Origin: a virus
Length of the DNA stretch: 64,000 bases
IMG/VR virus record: IMGVR_UViG_3300008262_000014
Span: 1-64,000 of that record
Strand: one strand, 5' to 3'
The number at the start of each line of letters is the position of its first letter. Within the stretch, counting starts at the first letter, position 1. Shown piece after piece: positions 45,268 through 53,051 of the stretch. The position numbers and the translations under genes are program-made. The notes under the pieces were generated by a model. That model was given only the letters and a program-made list of their open reading frames with translations, made no database searches and was not told where the DNA came from.

Positions 45268-46668
45268 TTAATTTGTTTTTTTATTGTAAAATGCTAGTTT
45301 ATTTATTTTTTTAATTTCTTCATTAAGTAAATTATTGACCTCAGATTTAGATTCCGCAACAATATCAACATCTGTTGGTATAATTCCTCTGTGACCCCAA
45401 CTAACATCTTTTTTCTTTTTCTTATCTTCTACTTTTCTTTTTTTCTTATCAACAATTTGTTTACCAACTTTATCTTTAACAACGTTTCCGGCATCTGAAG
45501 AATTACCCATTGTACTATCACCTTCTAAAGATTTTTTAATTCTTTTTATATAATCTTTAGATGGTTCGTGATCAAAAGTTAAATCACTATTTGTCTCACC
45601 TCTATTATCTTCTATTTTTTTATCTTTTGATGATGTATTTCTATATGCCATTTTATCCCCTTTACCTATTGGTTTTGGAAATTCGGGATTGTCGTTTCCT
45701 TCAAAACTTAAATATTTTTTTAATTTATCCGCAACTTCTTTAGCGTATTTACGACTATTTTTTTCTGATGTTGATTGTGCTCTTTTAGTTACAGTTACAC
45801 CAGGGATACCAGGAATACCAGGTTGACCTTTAGCGGCCTCATTAACCATATTATTTATCAATGAAACTAATTCAGATTCTTTTAATCTTAATTTTGTTTT
45901 GGTAGACTCTTTCATATAACCACATTCCATACACATACCTTCTTTCATGTCACCACCACATTCAGAACACATTGTCTTGTCTTCAGACAAATAATCCATA
46001 TCTTCTTCAATATCTTTAGATATTGTAACTTTATGCATTTTCCCACTTCCTTTAGGGAATTCAAATTCTTTTTTACCATCATCCTTAGCGGCATCTGCGG
46101 CCAAAACAAACGCGTTTGATTCACCAATGTCATCAACTTTAGCAGATATTACTGGTGGTTTCATAAATTTTTTCACATCATCTTCAACATATTCCAAAAC
46201 TTCAATATCTTCATATTTATCCCCACATTCATCACATTGTGATTCTTCTTCTTTCATTTTGTCCCACATTTCATTAACATTAATGACTCTCTCATTAACG
46301 ATTATTTTATTTTTATTACCTAATTTAGCATCTAATATTGCTTCGGCTAAACTACCCATTGTTTTCTTTTTCATATCTATATTTTGTTTTTCTTCTAATT
46401 CTTGACCCATTTTATCTAATTCATCAATCATTTTTTCATATGATTCATATGAATCTTTTTCTATAATAAATTGTTTTCCGGGAATATCTTTTTTTAATTT
46501 GTCCACAATTTCATTTGCTTCCGATTCACTATTACAAATTTGTATGGGTTCTCCGTCACACATTACTTTATAAACCTCAAGTTTTTCTTCAGATTCTTTT
46601 AAAATCATTCTTTTCGCTACACTAAACAATGATTTTTCGATAATTTGGTTTAAATCAGTTACTTTCAT
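45268..46668 (-). CDS. Charged hypothetical protein (putative head-internal/scaffold-like)
   Basis: KLRLKESELVSLINNMVNE and LLNEEIKKINKL motifs, CxxCG knuckles, TATTTAT upstream. Confidence 0.7.
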   Translation of the reverse strand: MKVTDLNQIIEKSLFSVAKRMILKESEEKLEVYKVMCDGEPIQICNSESEANEIVDKLKKDIPGKQFIIEKDSYESYEKMIDELDKMGQELEEKQNIDMKKKTMGSLAEAILDAKLGNKNKIIVNERVINVNEMWDKMKEEESQCDECGDKYEDIEVLEYVEDDVKKFMKPPVISAKVDDIGESNAFVLAADAAKDDGKKEFEFPKGSGKMHKVTISKDIEEDMDYLSEDKTMCSECGGDMKEGMCMECGYMKESTKTKLRLKESELVSLINNMVNEAAKGQPGIPGIPGVTVTKRAQSTSEKNSRKYAKEVADKLKKYLSFEGNDNPEFPKPIGKGDKMAYRNTSSKDKKIEDNRGETNSDLTFDHEPSKDYIKRIKKSLEGDSTMGNSSDAGNVVKDKVGKQIVDKKKRKVEDKKKKKDVSWGHRGIIPTDVDIVAESKSEVNNLLNEEIKKINKLAFYNKKTN

Positions 46669-46669
46669 A

Positions 46670-47548
46670 CTAAATAAATATCTTCTTTATCTCATTTAAT
46701 ACAATATTTTCAATTTCATTTACAGGTATACCATATTTTTTTGATGTTTCATCTATTGCCTCTTTTAGAATCTCTAAAGCGTTTATATCACCTTGATTAC
46801 AATATGGAAATTTTTTACACTTATCCTTTATTTTTATAAAAATCCCACCAGGACCACCCCATTTTGGAAAATTTTTATCTTTTACCGCTCTACTTTTTTT
46901 AATGGTTTCAGGACCACCAATAGCCAATGGGTTTTTACGACCTCTAGTTGTTGTCCCAAATAAAGGAACATCAAAAGATGCGGATGATGAGACTGATGAG
47001 TCTAACGCTTCATTAAACTCTTGTTTATCCCCATACTCTTTTGAATTATTTATGTTTCCTATTTTTCTTTTAATCATTGGTGCACCTAGCGCTGGTTCAG
47101 AAGATCCTGCGGCATCTGCCCCCATACTTTCCTTTGTTTCAATTTTCTTTAATTTGGTATAATATTTTGGATCTTCATACAAATGATCCATAGCAATTTC
47201 CTTTGCTTTTGATTTATCCTTTGTATGTTCCATTTCAACTTTTATACCTTTTTCCAATTGTTTACTTAGGAACATTTTCATCTTTGTTATTTTTTCAGGT
47301 GATACTGAATCGGTAGAATCATTATACGAATGTTTCTTAGCTATTTGTACTAATGTTTTTTTATCTGAAAGACCACCTTTTAATTTATTTGTTTCAGAAA
47401 TCTCATCTTTTTTAAGGTGATCATCAATCCATTTCTGTAGTTCATGTACATCAGGAGAATAGTCTTTACCTTTAACTCTTGATATATTCTTGTGTGCCAA
47501 TTTAATTAATTTACCAACATCCTCTTTAGAGTATTCTTTCTTTTCCAT
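46670..47548 (-). CDS. DUF5661-like domain protein
   Basis: GIKVEMEHT...AKEIAMDHLYEDPKYYTKL. Confidence 0.7.
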   Translation of the reverse strand: MEKKEYSKEDVGKLIKLAHKNISRVKGKDYSPDVHELQKWIDDHLKKDEISETNKLKGGLSDKKTLVQIAKKHSYNDSTDSVSPEKITKMKMFLSKQLEKGIKVEMEHTKDKSKAKEIAMDHLYEDPKYYTKLKKIETKESMGADAAGSSEPALGAPMIKRKIGNINNSKEYGDKQEFNEALDSSVSSSASFDVPLFGTTTRGRKNPLAIGGPETIKKSRAVKDKNFPKWGGPGGIFIKIKDKCKKFPYCNQGDINALEILKEAIDETSKKYGIPVNEIENIVLNEIKKIFI

Positions 47549-47787
47549 TATTTAACTGATTTTAAAGCCCCTTCCCAAAATGACTTTCTTTGCCATAATG
47601 TTTTAAATAATTCAACAACCACTTTAGTTGATAGATCGACTATTTTATCATCTATATTTTTTGTACCTAATTCTTTTTGAATAATTTTAATGACAACATT
47701 ATGTGCATTCGTTGAATCTAAGAAATCTTTCATCTCTTTTTGTGCTATTTTCTGTATCTCCTTCTTATCGTCATTAGTTAACGCCAT
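47548..47787 (-). CDS. Hypothetical protein
   Basis: 79-aa ORF. Confidence 0.7.
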   Translation of the reverse strand: MALTNDDKKEIQKIAQKEMKDFLDSTNAHNVVIKIIQKELGTKNIDDKIVDLSTKVVVELFKTLWQRKSFWEGALKSVK

Positions 47788-47789
47788 TA

Positions 47790-48329
47790 TTAATTATTTT
47801 TTCTATTGTCGATTATTTTATTCATTGTTGTTGAAAATGTATCATTAAATTTATTTAGTTTACTTATGAGATCAATAACTTCTGTCTTTATTTCTAACAT
47901 ATCGGCATTTAAATAAATTCCATTATCTTCACCAGCAATAAAAACAAAGCTAATATCATCATCAGTTAGGGTGCCATCTAACCTAATCTGATCTTTTGAG
48001 ATAGTAAAACCAGGATCAAATTCCGATAAATTTGAAACTTGAGATTTGAACCCGTCGATTAATTGAGAAATTGAATTTTTATCTTCTTCAGATATTTCCA
48101 AATCTTTAAAATCAGAAGATACTATTTTAACATCTACATCATTTATAACGGTAATATCGTCACCACTTTTTGTTTCTTCGTCATCTTTAAATACATCAAC
48201 ACCTTTTGCTTCATCTCCGTCGTCTTCTCTTAGAATTTTATTAATATTTATTTTTGATTCATTAAGTCTCCTTAACGTATTCAACATTCTTTTAGTTTGG
48301 TCATAATTCGTCAACGTTTTCTTTTGCAT
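47790..48329 (-). CDS. Acidic hypothetical protein
   Basis: 179 aa; LNES / ILRED motifs. Confidence 0.7.
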   Translation of the reverse strand: MQKKTLTNYDQTKRMLNTLRRLNESKININKILREDDGDEAKGVDVFKDDEETKSGDDITVINDVDVKIVSSDFKDLEISEEDKNSISQLIDGFKSQVSNLSEFDPGFTISKDQIRLDGTLTDDDISFVFIAGEDNGIYLNADMLEIKTEVIDLISKLNKFNDTFSTTMNKIIDNRKNN

Positions 48330-48948
48330 CTTTAAAAAAGTTTTTAAAATTAAATGAAAGGTTTATATCTGTATAAATATCTGAAAAATTTGATTTACAT
48401 ACAACCCCATTAAATTTAGATGCATTTTTGAAAAAAGCTTGAGATGGGACAATTTGTCTCTTTATTTTGTGTTTTTCACATAAAAATTCACATAATTTAT
48501 GTACTGAATTTATTTGGTCCTGATTATATTTGTCCCAAAAATAATGATTTCTCCAACTTTTTATGAATGGTTCCGTTCTATATGGATCACCAATCCAATT
48601 GTTTAAAAACCCATTTATTGTGTTTTTACTCAACCAACCTAAATTTTCTATAGCAATTTTGATTTGTTTTTTGTCAATTTCGGGATTTTTGAATGTAACT
48701 GAACTGTAATTAGTGTCGAAAATTTGATATATGTTACCAAGTTTACTAATAATAAAATGGGGGATATCTTCATATTCCCCATTTTTACGATATTTTATTT
48801 TACTTACAAAATCATCAAATCTTCTTGTAGTATCGTACAAAAGTATTTGATTTTTTTTTGATTTTTTTCTTAATATTTTTAGACTTTCATCATCTAATTC
48901 TTCTACGTTGTGAGTTACCAACATTTCTTGATACTTTTTTTGAAACAT
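48301..48948 (-). CDS. N-acetylmuramoyl-L-alanine amidase-like protein (Amidase_2 fold, Zn ligands apparently lost)
   Basis: QILLYDT, PHFIISKLGNIYQ, IAIEN, YNQDQI..LC pattern; no HHT or GH motif. Confidence 0.65.
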   Translation of the reverse strand: MFQKKYQEMLVTHNVEELDDESLKILRKKSKKNQILLYDTTRRFDDFVSKIKYRKNGEYEDIPHFIISKLGNIYQIFDTNYSSVTFKNPEIDKKQIKIAIENLGWLSKNTINGFLNNWIGDPYRTEPFIKSWRNHYFWDKYNQDQINSVHKLCEFLCEKHKIKRQIVPSQAFFKNASKFNGVVCKSNFSDIYTDINLSFNFKNFFKDAKENVDEL

Positions 48949-50473
48949 TAGAGTTTTTACTAATTAGTTCTTCATTTACTAAATTTTGTCCTATAGTATA
49001 GGAATAATGATCTTTTGAATTTTCATTAATTGTTGAACTTTCTTCATCAGATGATATCTGTGAATCTAATACTTGTATTTGGTCTTCTATTTCTTTTTTT
49101 TTTAATTCTTCAATCTGTTCTATGTCTTCTTCTGTGGCAAATGGTTCCGGAACAAATCCATCAAAATCATCTTCTTTTTGGAAAATATTTTCTTTTTCTG
49201 ATTCTATAGTGGAAAATTCTTGTGAGTTATTTTCAAATTCTGATTCTATAGTGGAAAATTCTTGTGCGATATCTTTATTATCATCTTCGGGTTTTGTTAG
49301 TATAGTTTCTTCAATAATGTTTTCCTTTTCAATGATTTTTTCTTCAACATGTTCATTACCGATTGGTTGGGTAACTTCTTCTTTAACTATTTCTTTTTGA
49401 TCAATGATTTGATGATGTTCATTAAATATAGGTTGGGTAACTTCTTCTTTAACTACCTCTTCCTTATGATGTTTATTAACAATAGATTCTTCAGACTCTT
49501 CTTTAACTACCTCTCCTTCAATATATTGATTATCAATTTGTTCTACGGTATTTTGATTTGATTCATTTTTTATCAAATCTTCTTTATTGTTAACAGTTTC
49601 GTAATTTTTATATTCTTCTATTTTATTTTCATTTTCTGATACGATTATATCATTTTTTTTTTCTTCTGATGTTTTATTAATTTGTTCATCATCTATACTA
49701 TCATATTTCCCACTATTATTAATGCTTTCATTATCATTTTCTTCTATTTCTTGATAGTCTTTATTGTGTGAATAATTCTCGTGTTCAATATCATCCTTAT
49801 TATAATTTACTTTTTCTTCATTTTTTTGATCTAAATTATTATTTTTTTTATTTAAAATTTTCTCTATCTTTTCTAATTCTTCTTCCGTTGGTGTGTACTT
49901 TTCATTTCTTTCTCTTTCCGCTTCAATTATTGCAGCCTCTCTACTAATTTTTTCCACATCAACAACAGGTTGGGGTAATGATTGTTTTTTCCTATCTTCT
50001 TCAGTAAACTTAACTAACATATGTAGAAATGATAATGAAATTATGGGTAACATACCTCCAGCAAAAAATGCTAAAAATCTTTTGTGACCAATCAAATCTG
50101 TATTATCAACACCCATAAATTCAACCATCGGAGAAACTAAATCAATCCAATCTTTAAATGATTTACTGTCAATATCAATATAAGAATAAGCAAAGTATAT
50201 ATTACCAATAAATTGTACCAATGTAACTAAACCAAATGGAAAATAAACTTTCTTACCCATATCCGCAGAAATGGCGGCCAATGTAGATAGTGCCGCTATT
50301 TCAATACCTATAGATAGGTAAATTGCCCAACTTACCGGATTTGAAATACCATACCATTTAGTTACATGTGATATTGAAACCAATGCCACTGTGAATATTG
50401 GTACTAAAAATGCACTAATAATTAATGTCCTGTAATTTCTACTAAACCAATCCTTACTAATAAATTTGCCCAT
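48890..50473 (-). CDS. Four-TM membrane protein with long acidic low-complexity tail
   Basis: Hydrophobic first 155 aa (SISHV...IEIAAL...GNIYF), Glu-rich repeats after. Confidence 0.8.
   Translation of the reverse strand: MGKFISKDWFSRNYRTLIISAFLVPIFTVALVSISHVTKWYGISNPVSWAIYLSIGIEIAALSTLAAISADMGKKVYFPFGLVTLVQFIGNIYFAYSYIDIDSKSFKDWIDLVSPMVEFMGVDNTDLIGHKRFLAFFAGGMLPIISLSFLHMLVKFTEEDRKKQSLPQPVVDVEKISREAAIIEAERERNEKYTPTEEELEKIEKILNKKNNNLDQKNEEKVNYNKDDIEHENYSHNKDYQEIEENDNESINNSGKYDSIDDEQINKTSEEKKNDIIVSENENKIEEYKNYETVNNKEDLIKNESNQNTVEQIDNQYIEGEVVKEESEESIVNKHHKEEVVKEEVTQPIFNEHHQIIDQKEIVKEEVTQPIGNEHVEEKIIEKENIIEETILTKPEDDNKDIAQEFSTIESEFENNSQEFSTIESEKENIFQKEDDFDGFVPEPFATEEDIEQIEELKKKEIEDQIQVLDSQISSDEESSTINENSKDHYSYTIGQNLVNEELISKNSNVSKKVSRNVGNSQRRRIR
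49196..49266. repeat. 29-bp direct repeat in coding sequence (QEFSTIESE x2)
   Basis: TTCTGATTCTATAGTGGAAAATTCTTGTG at 49196 and 49238. Confidence 0.85.
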
Positions 50474-50476
50474 AAA

Positions 50477-50764
50477 TTATTTTAATTTTGATTCAAGATT
50501 TGAAATTTCCCCATCGATGGTGGTTTGTCTACTAACATCCAACATTTTTCTGTCAGTAGACTGTATCATTCTTTTTTCAGATTTCAACCCTTCTATTTGT
50601 AATCTCAAATCTAATTCCTTTTTATTATATGTTGAATCCTTAAGTTGTGTCAATTCTTTTCTTATTTTCGAAATTTCTCTACTATCACCACAACTTTTAA
50701 AGAATGATAGTAATGTGATTACTAAAACGATAATTGTGAATTTTTCTTCAATAAACTTTTTCAT
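50477..50764 (-). CDS. Membrane-anchored/lipoprotein coiled-coil protein (spanin-like candidate)
   Basis: TM segment then FKSCG, then heptads; TATTTATA upstream. Confidence 0.6.
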   Translation of the reverse strand: MKKFIEEKFTIIVLVITLLSFFKSCGDSREISKIRKELTQLKDSTYNKKELDLRLQIEGLKSEKRMIQSTDRKMLDVSRQTTIDGEISNLESKLK

Positions 50765-50775
50765 AATATTTTTTT

Positions 50776-51591
50776 TTATAAATAGTTCAACAGACTGTAA
50801 CTTTCGTTTCTTAATTTTTTTATTGCTTTATCTCTTAACTGTCTTATTCTTTCCTTAGTACATCCAAAGTATTCCCCCAAATCATCAAGATTTGATTCGA
50901 TACCTGTTAAACCATAATATCTTTCAATTATTAATTTTTCTCTATCATCTAAAACACTTAACATTAAAGAAACCCTTTTTTTAATTTCATCTTTTGTATT
51001 TAGAGAATTTTCAGGGTTATCTGCATTCTTATTTGGTATAATATCGATAATTTGATCCCCGTCCTCATTTATTTCTTGACCAAGACTAATACAATATGGT
51101 ATACTCACATCGATAAAACTATCATTTTTGTTAATTAGATGTATATCTTCATCCATTTCGACATTTTTTATTTGTTTTTGTGTCTCTTGGATAACATTTG
51201 ATGGAATTCTTATTGTTCTTGAGTTCTCATTTAATGATGCCAATATCGATTGTTTAACCCACCATACGGCGTATGAAATAAATTTAAATCCACTTGATGG
51301 ATCAAATCTTTCAGCCGCCTTTATTAATCCAATATTACCTTCAGATATTAAATCAAGTAATTCCAATCCTTGATTTTGATACATTTTAGCGACCGAGATA
51401 ACAAATCTTAAATTACCTAATACTAATTCATTAAGTAACTTTTCTTTATCGTTTTTGGTTAATAATTCTTTTTTTAATTCTAAAAAAATTTCTTCTTGTC
51501 TTTCATGACTAATTACGGGAATCTTTTTTAAATCTTTAATGTAAGATTGTAATTCATCAGTGTTTGGTGTGATAGACTTTTTTAATTGCAT
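50776..51591 (-). CDS. RNA polymerase sigma-70 factor, Bacteroidota primary-sigma type
   Basis: NLRFVISVAKMYQNQG...DLISEGNIGLIKAAERFD...FKFISYAVWW...TKERIRQ; no region 1.1; likely start 51591. Confidence 0.95.
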   Translation of the reverse strand: MQLKKSITPNTDELQSYIKDLKKIPVISHERQEEIFLELKKELLTKNDKEKLLNELVLGNLRFVISVAKMYQNQGLELLDLISEGNIGLIKAAERFDPSSGFKFISYAVWWVKQSILASLNENSRTIRIPSNVIQETQKQIKNVEMDEDIHLINKNDSFIDVSIPYCISLGQEINEDGDQIIDIIPNKNADNPENSLNTKDEIKKRVSLMLSVLDDREKLIIERYYGLTGIESNLDDLGEYFGCTKERIRQLRDKAIKKLRNESYSLLNYL

Positions 51592-51660
51592 AAAAATTAT
51601 ACGCGTTTTATCGGTTAAAAATAAAATAAACAAAAATTTTTAAAAATGGAAATATTTCAG

Positions 51661-52290
51661 TTATTTTTTTAACTTTATTTTCCAGTAGATGCCAGCTTGT
51701 ATAGATGTGGTAAAGTTATTATTTAAACCAATACCTATACTATACATGTTTTCGGATTTTGTTTTCAAAACTAGAGTAGGTCCGAAATAATTAAAACCAA
51801 CTTTTCTGTCTGCCCCAATTATTCCTCCAACATATATTTGATTTTTAGGTAATTCTTTAATAAAAATACTATCCTTTATTGTAATTTGGTTTATTTCGGA
51901 CTTAAACTTTCTACCAATAATTTTATTTTTTTGGATAGTATCTGTTAAGGTTACCATACCTAAACTATCTTCTAATTTTATCGTGTCTTTGTATACATAC
52001 TTAGCATAGTAATCTCTTAATATTTCCGTAGTATCTACGTCCTGCGGTACGTCAACATATATTGGTCTGTCGACGTAAATTGTTTCACCTGGTTTGTATA
52101 ATGTTTTTGTTTTGGTAATGTACTGTGTATCAGTAATTCTTTTAATTACCTCGTATTTTTTACCATCGACCTTTATAACCTCACCCGGTACTGGATTAGG
52201 TTTAGGTGTACACATTTTAAGTAGGAGAATAACAATAAGTAAGACAGCAATCAATAGTGTTTTAAAGTCTAATTTAAGTATACCTTTCAT
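51661..52290 (-). CDS. Membrane-anchored protein with C-terminal beta-strands (lysis/spanin-like candidate)
   Basis: TM ending LKMC, repeated DT/DS motifs, terminal AGIYWKI. Confidence 0.65.
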   Translation of the reverse strand: MKGILKLDFKTLLIAVLLIVILLLKMCTPKPNPVPGEVIKVDGKKYEVIKRITDTQYITKTKTLYKPGETIYVDRPIYVDVPQDVDTTEILRDYYAKYVYKDTIKLEDSLGMVTLTDTIQKNKIIGRKFKSEINQITIKDSIFIKELPKNQIYVGGIIGADRKVGFNYFGPTLVLKTKSENMYSIGIGLNNNFTTSIQAGIYWKIKLKK

Positions 52291-52318
52291 ATATTTTTTT
52301 ATAATAAATATATGAAAG
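52284..52318 (-). promoter_or_regulatory. Start-codon-occluding hairpin containing the putative late promoter
   Basis: Perfect 13-bp inverted repeat CTTTCATATATTT/AAATATATGAAAG includes the ATG at 52290; TATTTAT at 52304-52310. Confidence 0.72.
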
Positions 52319-52327
52319 ATAAATTCT

Positions 52328-53002
52328 CTATTTCTTTTTATTTATGATTTCATCGATTATACCATATTTTAATGATTCTTCAGCGGATAACCAAAGATCT
52401 CTACTGGCATCCTTTAATACTTGTTTTGGTGATTTGTTACAATATTGACCCAATAAATCAAATAAAACTTGATTTATTTTTTTCCATTCATTCATATCTA
52501 TTTCAGCATCTTGAATATTTCCACGAAATCCCCCACTAGATTGATGTAACATAGTTCTAGAAAATCTTAATGACCCTCTTTTACCCTTAGTTCCCGCACC
52601 AAGTAGAACAGACCCCATGGATGCTGCCATACCTGTGTTTATTGTTCTAATTTCGGATTTAATGTAATCCATCACATCAACCATAGATAAACCTGATTTT
52701 ACACTACCGCCAGGACTATCTATATGCATTGTAATGTCATTATTGTCAATACTATCCAAGAACATAAGTTGTGCTTGTACAACCGTGGACATATGGTCAT
52801 TGACTTCACCTGCAACCCATATAATACGTTCCATCATTAATCTTGAAAATACGTCCATCGCGGTTACATTCATTTGTCTTTCCTCAAGAATGTATGGGGT
52901 TAGACTGTTCTCAATTTTTTTGTTGTAATAGTGTAAATTCAAGGAACTTACACCGTGGTCTTTAGCGTAAAGACCAAAACTTTTGTGATCTTTTGGGGTC
53001 AT
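52328..53002 (-). CDS. clpP: ATP-dependent Clp protease proteolytic subunit
   Basis: DVFSRLMMERII, IDSPGGSV, AASMGS, MLHQ, RDLWLSAEE..YGIID. Confidence 0.96.
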   Translation of the reverse strand: MTPKDHKSFGLYAKDHGVSSLNLHYYNKKIENSLTPYILEERQMNVTAMDVFSRLMMERIIWVAGEVNDHMSTVVQAQLMFLDSIDNNDITMHIDSPGGSVKSGLSMVDVMDYIKSEIRTINTGMAASMGSVLLGAGTKGKRGSLRFSRTMLHQSSGGFRGNIQDAEIDMNEWKKINQVLFDLLGQYCNKSPKQVLKDASRDLWLSAEESLKYGIIDEIINKKK

Positions 53003-53051
53003 AATTATATTTTTTCAAATTTAAAAACTAAAATGAGATAAACAAAAAATG

